64,000 nucleotides of DNA from an uncultured Rhodospirillales bacterium (GTDB lineage Bacteria; Pseudomonadota; Alphaproteobacteria; UBA9219; RGZA01). Shown here piece after piece: positions 49,576 through 64,000 of the stretch (position 1 is its first letter; every line of letters begins with the position of its first letter). The translations under genes were made by a program, and so were the position numbers. Where the stretch lies: the NCBI GenBank assembly GCA_964568585.1, contig CAZMQI010000004.1:11312-75311 (forward strand), written 5' to 3'. A model generated the notes under the pieces. The model was not told the DNA's origin, made no database searches, and saw nothing but the letters and a program-made list of their open reading frames with translations.

Positions 49576-55172
<5,597 letters not shown>

Positions 55173-55181
55173 GATTTCAAG

Positions 55182-56075
55182 CTATCCCATCTTCTTTAAG
55201 ACTAATATACACCAATTGCCAAAGCGTAAACGGCGCTGCACATAAATGCGTTGTAACGCATAGGCACCCGCAACACGCGCCACATCTTTATGTAGAAAAC
55301 CCGCCAAAATCACGATACCGCCGGGTTTTAAATGGCGGCGCATCTGCGGCGCAAGTTTGGCCAATGGCCGTGCAAAAATATTGCTTAAAATCACATCATA
55401 GGGTTTGCGCGCCGTGATGACGGCATGGGCAAAGCCCATCGCTTTACGGTTCGTTACAAAACGCGCAACGCCGTTCTTGCGGCAATTTTCATCAGCGACA
55501 ATGACGGAATCCGCATCCATATCCGTGGCAACGACGCGTGTTTTAAAAAGTTTGGCCATCGCCATTGCTAAAATCGCGGAGCCTGCACCTAAATCCAGCA
55601 CATGCGCGTGCGGTTTGATATGCAGTGCTTGTAGCGCAGTTAAACAGCCAAAGGTGGTTGGATGTTCGCCCGTGCCGAATGCACAAGATGCTTCCAGTTC
55701 GATTTTGGTGCGGTAGCTTGGAATGGTATCGCGGTCTTTTTGCCCGTGGATGACGACGCGGCCGATTTCAATCGGCGCGAAGCTGTCTTGATTGGCTTTA
55801 AGCCAGCCTTGGGCAGGGAGTTTTTGCAATTCGTGGCGATATGGCGCATGGGCATTACCGCTGGCCAGAATGGATAGTTCCATCAGGCATGCCTTGATGT
55901 CGGGTTCTGCCAGATACAGGCTTTCAGCAATCCAACACGGGTTTTCGGTGCGGTCTTCGGCATCCGCTTTAAACGCGGTTTGCCCTACTTCGCCTTCGGG
56001 TAGAAGCATCAGCGTATCTTCAATCACAGATTGCGGCACATAAAGTGTAAGTGACCAGACGTATTTAACAGCCAT
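55182..56075 (-). CDS. prmA: ribosomal protein L11 methyltransferase
   Basis: 297 aa. The FGTGEHPTT motif is diagnostic of PrmA, and the SAM-binding motif is VLDLGAGSAILA. Confidence 0.85.
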   Translation of the reverse strand: MAVKYVWSLTLYVPQSVIEDTLMLLPEGEVGQTAFKADAEDRTENPCWIAESLYLAEPDIKACLMELSILASGNAHAPYRHELQKLPAQGWLKANQDSFAPIEIGRVVIHGQKDRDTIPSYRTKIELEASCAFGTGEHPTTFGCLTALQALHIKPHAHVLDLGAGSAILAMAMAKLFKTRVVATDMDADSVIVADENCRKNGVARFVTNRKAMGFAHAVITARKPYDVILSNIFARPLAKLAPQMRRHLKPGGIVILAGFLHKDVARVAGAYALQRIYVQRRLRFGNWCILVLKKMG

Positions 56076-56088
56076 TAGAATATCTCAT

Positions 56089-58419
56089 TTAGAATTGGCC
56101 CGCTAAATCTTCGGGCACGACGAAATCAGCCATGATTTTTTTTGTGCCACCCAAATCGAATTCGACTTCCAGTTTTTCTCCATCAATCAACGCGATGTTG
56201 CCATAGCCGAATTTCTGGTGGAACACACGGTCGCCGCGATGGAATTTACGCGATACGGCTTCATCAGGCTCTACATGTACCGCACGGCCTTCAATCAAAT
56301 TGGCTTTGGGACGTTGCGGATAATTCGATTTACCAAAGGATGAGCCTTTGAAAGAAGATTGAGCAAATTCAGGAGGAGCGGAAGATGTGCGATTTTTAAA
56401 GCCGCCTTCCCCAAAGCTGGAACGGTTCATGGTGCCGAACATGCCTGCTTCGGCGCTTGATTCAATGTGCTGTGCGGGAAGTTCCGATATAAAGCGTGAT
56501 GGAATGGCATTCGTCCACGAGCCATAGACAAGGCGATTGGCAACCGTGCTGATAATCGCATGCTGGCGCGCACGGGTGAGGCCGACATAGGCAAGTCTTC
56601 GTTCTTCTTCCAGACCCTTCATGCCGTTTTCTTCCAGCGTGCGGCGGGATGGAAAAATTTCTTCTTCCCAACCGGGCAAGAACACCAAATCGAATTCTAA
56701 TCCTTTGGCGGCGTGGAGCGTCATCAACGTCACTTGATCCTGCTGGTCATTATTGGCTTTTTCCATCACCAGACTGACATGCTCCATAAAGCTTTGCAGA
56801 TTGTCAAATTCTGCAATCGCGCTGATAAGTTCTTTCAAGTTTTCAAGGCGCGTTGGCGCATCCGGTGTTTTTTCCGCCTGCCACATGGCGATATAGCCGG
56901 ATTCTTCCAGCACGCGTTCGGTTAAATCGGTAGCTGGCAAATCAGGCAATTGCTGAACCCACACATCATAATTACGGATGAAGGTTTGCAACGTGGTACG
57001 CATTTTGGGTTTGAACGCATCGCTAAATAATAATTTACGTACGGCCTCCAGCATGCCGATTTTGTTTTCGCGCGCAAAGACAGCAATTTGTTGCATGGTG
57101 GCGGGGCCAAGGCCACGCTTTGGCACATTGATGATACGTTCGAACGCCAAATCATCTTCGGGTACCAATATAATACGCAAGTAAGCGATGGCATCGCGGA
57201 TTTCCTGACGTTCATAGAAACGCGGGCCACCAATCACACGGTAAGGCACGCCGATTTTTAAAAAGCGTTCTTCGAATTCACGGGTTTGGAACCCCGCGCG
57301 CACCAACACCGCCATATTGTTCAGTGGCATGCCGCGCCGTTGGTAGGATTCCAATTCGTCGCCAACAAAGCGTGCTTCGCTTTCGCCATCCCACAAGGAT
57401 TGCACGCGGACTTTGTCGCCTTCGCTGGCAGTTGTCCAAAGTGTTTTGCCCAAACGGTCGCGGTTATGCGCAATGAGCGCAGATGCCGCGCCAAGAATAT
57501 GCCCTGAGGAGCGATAGTTTTCTTCGAGGCGAATGATTTTCGCGCCGGGGAAATCCTGTTCAAAGCGCAAGATATTGCCGATTTCCGCACCGCGCCAACC
57601 ATAGATGGATTGATCTTCATCACCCACGCAGCAGATATTGCGCGCCTGACCATCGGGTGTGAGCATCAACAACCGCAGCCATAGATATTGCACCACGTTG
57701 GTATCTTGATATTCGTCAACCAAGATGTAGCGGAAGCGATGCTGATATTCTTGCAGCAAGTCTTGGTGATTTTGCAGCAGCACCAGATTGTACAACAGCA
57801 AATCACCAAAATCGCATGCGTTCAAAGTGCGAAGGCGTTCCTGATAGATATGATAGACCTTTAGATACAGTCCGCTTTGCGTGACTTCGGTTGGCGGGAC
57901 TTTATCGGGTGTATAGCCCCTGTCCTTCCAGCGTTCAATGACGGCCAATACCGCACGCGCAGGCGTTTTCTTGGTATCGACATTCTCTGCCTCGAGGATT
58001 TGTTTGATAAGCCGCAACTGGTCATCGGTATCTAAAATGGTGAAGCTCTGTTTAAGACCAACGCGTTCAGCATGTTTGCGTAGAATACGTGTGCATATAG
58101 AATGGAAGGTGCCGATGAACCAGCCTTCGGTCGGGCGGCCAACCAACGCAGACACGCGCTCTTGTAATTCACGCGCGGCCTTGTTGGTAAAAGTAACCGC
58201 CATGATTTGAAACGGGTTAGCAAGACCATTAAGTAATATTGCGGCAAGGCGCGTAGTCAGCACACGGGTTTTTCCTGTACCCGCGCCAGCCAAAATAAGC
58301 ACAGGGCCATTCACCGCCTCAACGGCGGAACGTTGTGCAGGATTAAGCCCCGATAACATGTCGCCAGAGGACATAGTCGGCACATCGGCTTCGGATGGAA
58401 TAAGGGCGGGTTGCATCAC
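56089..58419 (-). CDS. uvrD: ATP-dependent DNA helicase, UvrD/Rep/PcrA family
   Basis: Helicase motifs (LNPAQRSAV, AGAGTGKT, VDEYQDTN, LEENYRS). The real start may be an internal Met (MSSGDM...). Confidence 0.9.
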   Translation of the reverse strand: MMQPALIPSEADVPTMSSGDMLSGLNPAQRSAVEAVNGPVLILAGAGTGKTRVLTTRLAAILLNGLANPFQIMAVTFTNKAARELQERVSALVGRPTEGWFIGTFHSICTRILRKHAERVGLKQSFTILDTDDQLRLIKQILEAENVDTKKTPARAVLAVIERWKDRGYTPDKVPPTEVTQSGLYLKVYHIYQERLRTLNACDFGDLLLYNLVLLQNHQDLLQEYQHRFRYILVDEYQDTNVVQYLWLRLLMLTPDGQARNICCVGDEDQSIYGWRGAEIGNILRFEQDFPGAKIIRLEENYRSSGHILGAASALIAHNRDRLGKTLWTTASEGDKVRVQSLWDGESEARFVGDELESYQRRGMPLNNMAVLVRAGFQTREFEERFLKIGVPYRVIGGPRFYERQEIRDAIAYLRIILVPEDDLAFERIINVPKRGLGPATMQQIAVFARENKIGMLEAVRKLLFSDAFKPKMRTTLQTFIRNYDVWVQQLPDLPATDLTERVLEESGYIAMWQAEKTPDAPTRLENLKELISAIAEFDNLQSFMEHVSLVMEKANNDQQDQVTLMTLHAAKGLEFDLVFLPGWEEEIFPSRRTLEENGMKGLEEERRLAYVGLTRARQHAIISTVANRLVYGSWTNAIPSRFISELPAQHIESSAEAGMFGTMNRSSFGEGGFKNRTSSAPPEFAQSSFKGSSFGKSNYPQRPKANLIEGRAVHVEPDEAVSRKFHRGDRVFHQKFGYGNIALIDGEKLEVEFDLGGTKKIMADFVVPEDLAGQF

Positions 58420-58549
58420 GTAATGTTAAGTAAGACCGCGATTCACATACTTGATGCCAGCATCAAACATGATCGCGGTCTAAAGATAGAACAAAACGCG
58501 AAAAGATACAGGGGGTATTTGATTGATTTGGCAGGAAATTATGGCGCGA

Positions 58550-59674
58550 TTAATTGGCAGCAACGCTATCTTCAAAGCCGCTCGAATCAAGGTCATCGAA
58601 GCGGTCGGCATCTTTACCTTTGCCATCCATCAGTTTGGCCATGGTCACGCTATCCAGATCCTGCACCACCACACGGTTGCGGCCAGCGGCTTTTGCCAAA
58701 TACATACCGGCATCCGCGCGTTTCAGGAAATGCGAGAGCTGTTCATGGTTATGATATTGTGCAACACCGATTGATACAGTCACCTGACCAATCGTCGCAT
58801 GGGTATCACGGCGGATAATCTTCTTTTGTGATACGGAGGTGCGAAGCGCATCGGCCACGCGCTGGGCATCGAGCAATTTGGTTTGCGGCAATACAATCAC
58901 GAATTCTTCGCCGCCATAACGCGCCACGCAATCTTTACCCTTCAGATTTTCCATGAGCGTACGTGCGACAAGCTTTAACACCTGATCGCCGACCAAATGG
59001 CCGTGGGTATCGTTGAATTTCTTGAAATGATCGATATCAATCATCAATACGCTAAGCGCGGATTTCTGTTCTTCGGATTCCAGCACAAGGCGCTTTAATT
59101 CATTGCTTAAGTGCTTGCGGTTGCCAACACCCGTCAATGTATCGGTGAGCGTTTCTTTTTGAACGCGCGTCAAATCTTCCTTCATCACGCTCATCTGCGC
59201 GGATGATTTTTCAAGCTGTTCCTGCAATTGCTGGTTCTTGGTAGCAATCGATTTGGTTTCGGTAACCACCTTGTTCACCGCGATGCGGATTTCTTCAACC
59301 GATAACGGCTTGTTCATGTGCGATGTGAAGCCGTTCAAGGTTTCATTGAATTGCTGAGTACCCTCATTCGCGGTGGAGATTAAATCCATCACTTTCGCCA
59401 GCTCTTCGGATAGCTGCTTCACGTTATTCTGCAGCACTTCTTTTTCTTTATCTGCGCCTAAATGCTTGTCGTAAATCGCGCGCGCTTGTTCGGCAGTAAA
59501 ACCGCCACCGCGCACCGCGCCATCCACCAGATCTTTAATCTGCGGCAAGCGGCCAGAAACATAGGCATACAGCAATTCGAAATTCTGCGGAGTTGCAGGA
59601 AGGCCCAAGAATTCCAGACGCAACATAGTTGCCTTGGAATATTCAGCGGCTTTTTGGATGGAATCTTCGAACAT
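58550..59674 (-). CDS. GGDEF-domain diguanylate cyclase with N-terminal coiled-coil region
   Basis: The C-terminal domain carries the active-site motif RYGGEEF and the upstream DxLT-type motif (DTLTGVGNRKHL). No RxxD I-site 5 residues upstream of GGEEF. Confidence 0.8.
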   Translation of the reverse strand: MFEDSIQKAAEYSKATMLRLEFLGLPATPQNFELLYAYVSGRLPQIKDLVDGAVRGGGFTAEQARAIYDKHLGADKEKEVLQNNVKQLSEELAKVMDLISTANEGTQQFNETLNGFTSHMNKPLSVEEIRIAVNKVVTETKSIATKNQQLQEQLEKSSAQMSVMKEDLTRVQKETLTDTLTGVGNRKHLSNELKRLVLESEEQKSALSVLMIDIDHFKKFNDTHGHLVGDQVLKLVARTLMENLKGKDCVARYGGEEFVIVLPQTKLLDAQRVADALRTSVSQKKIIRRDTHATIGQVTVSIGVAQYHNHEQLSHFLKRADAGMYLAKAAGRNRVVVQDLDSVTMAKLMDGKGKDADRFDDLDSSGFEDSVAAN

Positions 59675-59857
59675 CGACGGGCATTCACATAAGAACGATT
59701 TGAGAGGTTAAATTTACCGTGAAAACCCTTAAAAAAGATGAAATGGCAAAAGCCCTTTATAAGTTGAAATAACAGTGGTTTTCGGGGATTTTTAGGATTG
59801 CTTTTCGGATTGTTTGTAAACCGAATGTAAATTTTTATTTAAAATACGCAGGGACGC

Positions 59858-60478
59858 TTATTCAAAGACGCGGTTCCACGATGCTTTAAGCGCATCATCC
59901 AACTGCTGCATGGTTGCGTTAATCCCCAATTTTTTAAGCGATGTCACGCCGTAAGTGGAAATGCCACATGGAACGATGCCCGCAAAATGCGAAAGATCGG
60001 GATTGAGGTTTATCGCAACGCCGTGATACGCAACCCATTTGCGAATGCGAACGCCAATCGCCGCGATTTTTTCTTCTGTTCCGTTATGTTCAACCCAAAG
60101 GCCAATACGCCCATCACGCTGCGCGGCAGTTACCCCAAATTCTGCAAGTGCGCCAATGACCCATTGTTCAAGGTTTTGTACGTATGCGCGCACATCGCGC
60201 CCGCGCACGCGTAAATCGGCCATGACATAGGCAACGCGTTGCCCTGGTCCATGATATGTATAGCGCCCACCCCTGCCTGTTGGATAAACAGGAAAGCGCT
60301 GCGGCGTTAACAGCTCTGCCTCATCTGCGCTGGTGCCACTGGTATAAAGAGGTGGATGTTCGAGCAGCCAGATTTTCTCATCCGCTTTGCCGGCAATCAT
60401 TGCATCGACATGCGCTTCCATCGCTGCCAAGGCATGGGGATATTCGACGGGGTCTGATGCGGTATTCCAGTTAATCAT
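59858..60478 (-). CDS. lipB: lipoyl(octanoyl) transferase
   Basis: 206 aa. LipB family motifs (WLLEHPPLYTSGTS, RGGRYTYHGPGQ, catalytic Cys in VPCG). Confidence 0.85.
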   Translation of the reverse strand: MINWNTASDPVEYPHALAAMEAHVDAMIAGKADEKIWLLEHPPLYTSGTSADEAELLTPQRFPVYPTGRGGRYTYHGPGQRVAYVMADLRVRGRDVRAYVQNLEQWVIGALAEFGVTAAQRDGRIGLWVEHNGTEEKIAAIGVRIRKWVAYHGVAINLNPDLSHFAGIVPCGISTYGVTSLKKLGINATMQQLDDALKASWNRVFE

Positions 60479-60562
60479 TCAGCTTTTGGATGGTTTCACA
60501 CATAAGTATTTAGGTTGTTTACACATATTTGAATAGTTTGTAAAAACGAAGCGTATTTTCAA

Positions 60563-61411
60563 GTGATTGCCGCATTTTTTGATTACTTTTTTTCGGGTCA
60601 TGTAATGACAAAGCCTGCTGAAACGCCATTACCGGGTCTGCTGATTACCAGCAATGAAGACACCGCGGTTAAAGCGATGTTCGCCAGAAATTTTGATATT
60701 GTGATTCTGCGCCACCCCACTCCTGCATCTTTTGAAATCGCCGGACAGACCATTTGCAATGCGCGGCCTGACCTTCTTGAAGATGCGCTTGCTGTAGCAA
60801 CATCGGGAAAGTCAAAGAATGCGGTTTTTGTAGGCGAGCTTTTGAATGATGCCGCATGGCGTGATTGTGCCAAGGATGTTGCGGCGGCACGCAAATTTGT
60901 CAAAGACTGGTTTACGAAGGTGACCTATATCGCAACCAAGGTTCAACCCCATGCCAGCCAAGCAGTTTATGGAACGCGCAGCGATTATACGGTGCCCAAT
61001 GGAGATATGCGTCCCCGCGCAGGATTTCACGCCGATACACTTTTAGAAGTCGCCGCGCATGCACCATTATCGTGGCGTGTTGCCATGACGCTGGTTGGCT
61101 GCGGCACACAAGTGATAGATAAGCGCGCACTCCGTGCGCTGTGCAATCAAAACAACCCTCGTATCGCCAAATCACGCGAAATAGCAGCGCATGAATTTCC
61201 CTATCCACCGCAAGGCCAAGCTGATGACAATGTAACGCGGTTAAAGCGTAATGCGCAGATGAGTAAAGCACTGTTCGAAGGACAAAAAATCGTCAGTGCC
61301 AATTGCGGTGATATAGTTTTTATTGCCCAAAAACGCCCCGAATATCTATGGCACGCAACTCCCCAATATGATGGAAAGCCGCGTCTGGCCTTTGTATTGG
61401 ATATGGCATAA
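60563..61411 (+). CDS. hypothetical protein (conserved-looking, no family recognised), immediately upstream of tRNA-Leu
   Basis: 282-aa non-repetitive ORF. A more likely start is the internal MTKPAETP (about 60605). Confidence 0.5.
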   Translation: MIAAFFDYFFSGHVMTKPAETPLPGLLITSNEDTAVKAMFARNFDIVILRHPTPASFEIAGQTICNARPDLLEDALAVATSGKSKNAVFVGELLNDAAWRDCAKDVAAARKFVKDWFTKVTYIATKVQPHASQAVYGTRSDYTVPNGDMRPRAGFHADTLLEVAAHAPLSWRVAMTLVGCGTQVIDKRALRALCNQNNPRIAKSREIAAHEFPYPPQGQADDNVTRLKRNAQMSKALFEGQKIVSANCGDIVFIAQKRPEYLWHATPQYDGKPRLAFVLDMA

Positions 61412-61476
61412 GGCCAAATATAAAGTGCTTGCGTTTATCGCCAAAAAACCTTTTATTACCCCCCTACCTTGTAAGT

Positions 61477-61561
61477 GCGGTCGTGGCGGAATTGGTAGAC
61501 GCGCAGCGTTGAGGTCGCTGTAGGGCAACCTGTGAAAGTTCGAGTCTTTTCGACCGCACCA
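61477..61561 (+). tRNA. tRNA-Leu (anticodon GAG), class II with long variable arm, CCA encoded
   Basis: Acceptor stem GCGGTCG/CGACCGC, D-arm GGCGGAATTGGTAGACGC, anticodon loop TTGAGGT, long variable arm GTAGGGCAACCTGTG, T-arm AGTTCGAGTCT, 3' ACCA. Confidence 0.85.
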
Positions 61562-61604
61562 TTATTAAATCCCAGATATACCTATAATTATCCAACAGTC
61601 TCGC

Positions 61605-61641
61605 TGGTGCGGTCGAATAATCGACTGGGCGCACCATTATT
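61605..61641. repeat. inverted copy (TGGTGCGGTCGAA) of the tRNA-Leu 3' end plus direct repeat GCACCATTATT, 44-70 bp downstream of the tRNA
   Basis: 61605..61617 is the exact reverse complement of tRNA positions 61548..61560. GCACCATTATT occurs at 61556 and again at 61631. Confidence 0.5.
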
Positions 61642-61662
61642 TCAGATTAAATTGTCGGATGT

Positions 61663-63543
61663 TTACGCTGCTTGCGATGGCTTTTCGGAAGGCTCGTCCG
61701 CGTGTTCAGCAATGACTTCGGGCGACACATCATTTGATGTCACGGCAACTGTTTGTGGCGCAACGGATGGATCAATCGCGGCTTCGCGTTTACGGCCCAG
61801 CATATCCACCATTGATGTTGCCATGCGTTCGAAGCGTTCCTTGATGATACGCGCTTCTTCGTTCACGGAATTACGGGTTTGCTGTTGTTGGTCTGGTGCA
61901 TATTCCGCATCATCGGCAGGAACGACTTCCTCAATCGCTTCGGCAACGAATGGGTGGCCTGTGTATTCCACCTGCGCCAAACCATCCAAGATATTATCGA
62001 TATGGTCGGCAAGTGTTGACAGGGTTTCGCTGACCGCTGTGCTTGATGGCAAGCGTTGCATAGCGGTTTGTTGATAGTAAGCAGCATAATCGGCGCATTG
62101 ACCGTAAACGGATGCAACGCGGCGGGCTAAATCGGAACCCAATAAACCAATGGAACCTACATGCGCCTGATAGACAACAGCGCGAATGCGCGGCCAAAGC
62201 TGTGATGGGCGCGGCTGTGTTTCAACTTCAGCAAGGCGGTGCTGACGAACCAGTTCACGCGCGCGCGTACGGCAGATGTGACGCGCGGATGTAAGTTCGC
62301 CGTTCAATGCTGCGGCCAAAGCTCTGCGCTTTTCGGCAAGCTGCAACCGGTCACGTATCATTACGACAACACCAAATGCTGCTGCGCCGAATATCCATAA
62401 CAAACCACCGATGATGCCTTGGTAACGTTCCAGAAAGCCTGCGCCGGATGATGCGCTGGCGGTTACAACGGGAGGTGGAGCGGCCACCACAGGAGCAGCC
62501 TCCTTGGGTGTTTCTTTAACAGGTTCTGCAGCAACAGCTGGCTTACTGGTCGCCGCGGTTTCAGGAACGATAAGCGATAAGGCTGTGCGGGGTTCTTCGC
62601 CCGGCTTTTGGGCTAGCGGTACAACCTTTTGTTCTTCAGCTGGCTTGGAGCCGCCCTTGATGGTTTCAACCTTTGCACCCATGGCTGTAATCGGGGCAGT
62701 ATTCGCAGGGGTTACCAGCGGCACGGTCGTAGTATTAGCAGGGTTGCTGAGCGGAACGGAATTCACCATCGGCATCGGGGCGAAAAGGCCCTTGTTCAGC
62801 GATTGCGCTTCTTGTTCTACTTTCTCATAAACTTCGGCGAGCGAATTGTTTTTCAACGCTTTTCTATCAACCATCGCCCAGCCTTGGCGAAGCATTTCAT
62901 ATGACAGATCCGGTGTGTCTACTGTTCCGCAGAATGCGATGGGTCGACCATCCTTATCCTTGTCGGTGACCTTGCACAGCACAGCGCCCTTGATGATGGC
63001 GTCCAGCTTCTGGCGAGCTTGAGGGCCGTAATTGGATGAAATGCCGGGGGTAACGATGCCGAACAGGCGAATTTCCTTTTCGCCGATCATTAGGCGTTCA
63101 CCGTCTAACGCTTTGGCTACGCCTTCAAATTCTTTGGGTTCTTTGCCAACGGTGCTTTGCTTGGCCAATTCCTTGGCATTGGCTTTGGCGATGCTTTCCT
63201 TTGCTGCTTCTTTAGCAGCTGAGATTTTAGAAGATTTGGATGATGATTTGGACGAGCTTGGTTCGCTGGATAATGCTGTCTTTGCTGCGACCTTGATGGC
63301 ACCTGCTAAGGCTGCGGCTGGCTTTGGCGGCGGCGTATAATCGGGCGCAGCTTCATATAAGGTGACTTGCTGAACGGGTTCTCTGGGTGCTTTGCGCGGC
63401 GGGGGCATAATATCGCTTTTTGCAAATGCACTTCCACAGTATGGGCCCGAAGATAAGGCTAACAAAGCTGCGAGAGTGACTGCCAAAACGCGCATGAAAA
63501 CTATTCCACAAACTGGTCCAAAAACTGGCGAAAAAATTAGCAC
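61663..63543 (-). CDS. membrane protein with signal peptide, catalytically degenerate staphylococcal-nuclease (SNase)-like domain, Pro/Ala-rich linker, one TM helix and a ~250-aa cytoplasmic C-terminal domain of unknown function
   Basis: The SNase-fold segment (DGERLMIGEKEIRLFGIVTPGISSNYGPQARQKL...DGRPIAFCGTVDTPDLSYEMLRQGWAMV) aligns to the thermonuclease pattern, but IDAPE is replaced by IVTPG. TM GLLWIFGAAAFGVVVMI. The likely true start is ATG at 63495 (MRVLAVTLAALLALSSGPYCGSAFA signal peptide) rather than GTG at 63543. Confidence 0.6.
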   Translation of the reverse strand: MLIFSPVFGPVCGIVFMRVLAVTLAALLALSSGPYCGSAFAKSDIMPPPRKAPREPVQQVTLYEAAPDYTPPPKPAAALAGAIKVAAKTALSSEPSSSKSSSKSSKISAAKEAAKESIAKANAKELAKQSTVGKEPKEFEGVAKALDGERLMIGEKEIRLFGIVTPGISSNYGPQARQKLDAIIKGAVLCKVTDKDKDGRPIAFCGTVDTPDLSYEMLRQGWAMVDRKALKNNSLAEVYEKVEQEAQSLNKGLFAPMPMVNSVPLSNPANTTTVPLVTPANTAPITAMGAKVETIKGGSKPAEEQKVVPLAQKPGEEPRTALSLIVPETAATSKPAVAAEPVKETPKEAAPVVAAPPPVVTASASSGAGFLERYQGIIGGLLWIFGAAAFGVVVMIRDRLQLAEKRRALAAALNGELTSARHICRTRARELVRQHRLAEVETQPRPSQLWPRIRAVVYQAHVGSIGLLGSDLARRVASVYGQCADYAAYYQQTAMQRLPSSTAVSETLSTLADHIDNILDGLAQVEYTGHPFVAEAIEEVVPADDAEYAPDQQQQTRNSVNEEARIIKERFERMATSMVDMLGRKREAAIDPSVAPQTVAVTSNDVSPEVIAEHADEPSEKPSQAA

Positions 63544-63617
63544 AAACCTTAACGATTCAGGTCCACGCCCTTCGCGTTAACGGACACTATAGCAAATTGG
63601 AGTTAGAAAATAAAAGG

Positions 63618-63658
63618 GTCTTGAAGGTGCTATTCGCTTGGAATCAAGACGATTTTTT
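63618..63658 (-). terminator. hairpin terminator (GTCTTGA-N19-TCAAGAC) overlapping the stop of the acyl-CoA synthetase gene, T-rich on both sides
   Basis: 7-bp perfect inverted repeat flanked by GATTTTTT on the plus strand and TTTTATTTT on the minus strand. Confidence 0.55.
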
Positions 63659-64000
63659 CAGTTTCTCTTCATCAAGGAGGGCTTTGCGCGAAAGTTTTCC
63701 AATCATGGTCTTTGGAAGGCTTTCACGGAATTCAACCAGCTTGGGCATCTCGATCGGAGATAGTTTGTCGGTCAAGAATGCCATCAACTCATCCCGTGTC
63801 AGGGTCGTATCGGGCTTGAGCGCGATATAAGCCTTCACGGTTTGACCACGATATGGATCAGGCAAACCAGCGACGACACATTCGGCAACCGATGGGTGAA
63901 GGTATATCGCCTCCTCCACATTGCGCGGATACACATTGTAGCCGCCGCACAAAATCATGTCCTTGATGCGATCGACGATGAAGATATAACCATCTTCATC
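63644..64000 (-). CDS. AMP-dependent synthetase/ligase (acyl-CoA synthetase), C-terminal part; gene continues beyond window end
   Basis: The frame is open to the window edge. The translation (DGYIFIVDRIKDMILCGGYNVYPRNVEEAIYLHPSVAECVVAGLPDPYRGQTVKAYIAL...IGKLSRKAL) is the conserved AMP-binding C-terminal domain. Confidence 0.8.
   Translation of the reverse strand, partial: DEDGYIFIVDRIKDMILCGGYNVYPRNVEEAIYLHPSVAECVVAGLPDPYRGQTVKAYIALKPDTTLTRDELMAFLTDKLSPIEMPKLVEFRESLPKTMIGKLSRKALLDEEKLKKSS

Noticed and set aside
61323-61528. ORFs 61323..61523(+) and 61346..61528(-)
   Set aside because: They overlap the tRNA-Leu gene and its upstream spacer. No RBS. Spurious.

Overview
This window reads as a chromosomal core segment of an alphaproteobacterium (about 50% GC), densely packed with housekeeping genes, mostly co-directional and often overlapping by 4 bp. 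From the left: proB (3' part), a membrane ORF, proA, nadD, rsfS (with a histone-H1-like N-terminus), a membrane ORF, rlmH, gpmI, an EnvC-like M23 protein, ctpA, a YibQ-type deacetylase and rppH. Next, on the minus strand, come amiD, a djlA-like gene, a PPC-domain ORF, a TauE/SafE exporter, a degenerate EAL-like ORF and ridA. Then a 1644-aa NAD-specific glutamate dehydrogenase, pip, a compact arsR-arsC-acr3 arsenic operon with its operator palindrome, an OmpA-family porin, RNase P RNA (rnpB), and a 587-aa Ala/Glu-rich coiled-coil protein of unknown function. The complete dcw cluster follows (mraZ-rsmH-ftsL-ftsI-murE-murF-mraY-murD-ftsW-murG-murC-murB-ddl-ftsQ-ftsA-ftsZ-lpxC), then bamD, recN and ligA. 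On the minus strand are pepP, prmA, uvrD, a GGDEF cyclase and lipB; then a hypothetical ORF on the plus strand, tRNA-Leu(GAG), a membrane protein with an inactivated SNase-like domain, and the 3' end of an acyl-CoA synthetase gene. I found no CRISPR array, integrase, transposase, or recognisable multi-gene defence system. The most unusual features are small insertions into otherwise conserved syntenic blocks: a roughly 265-bp element with terminal inverted repeats between murB and ddl, an antisense small gene between ftsA and ftsZ, and extra membrane ORFs inside the proB-proA and rsfS-rlmH pairs. Several orphan or degenerate-domain proteins are also worth follow-up: the coiled-coil ORF, an SNase-like ORF lacking catalytic residues, and an EAL-like ORF lacking catalytic motifs. 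All calls are from reading the translations and the DNA by eye; no searches were run.
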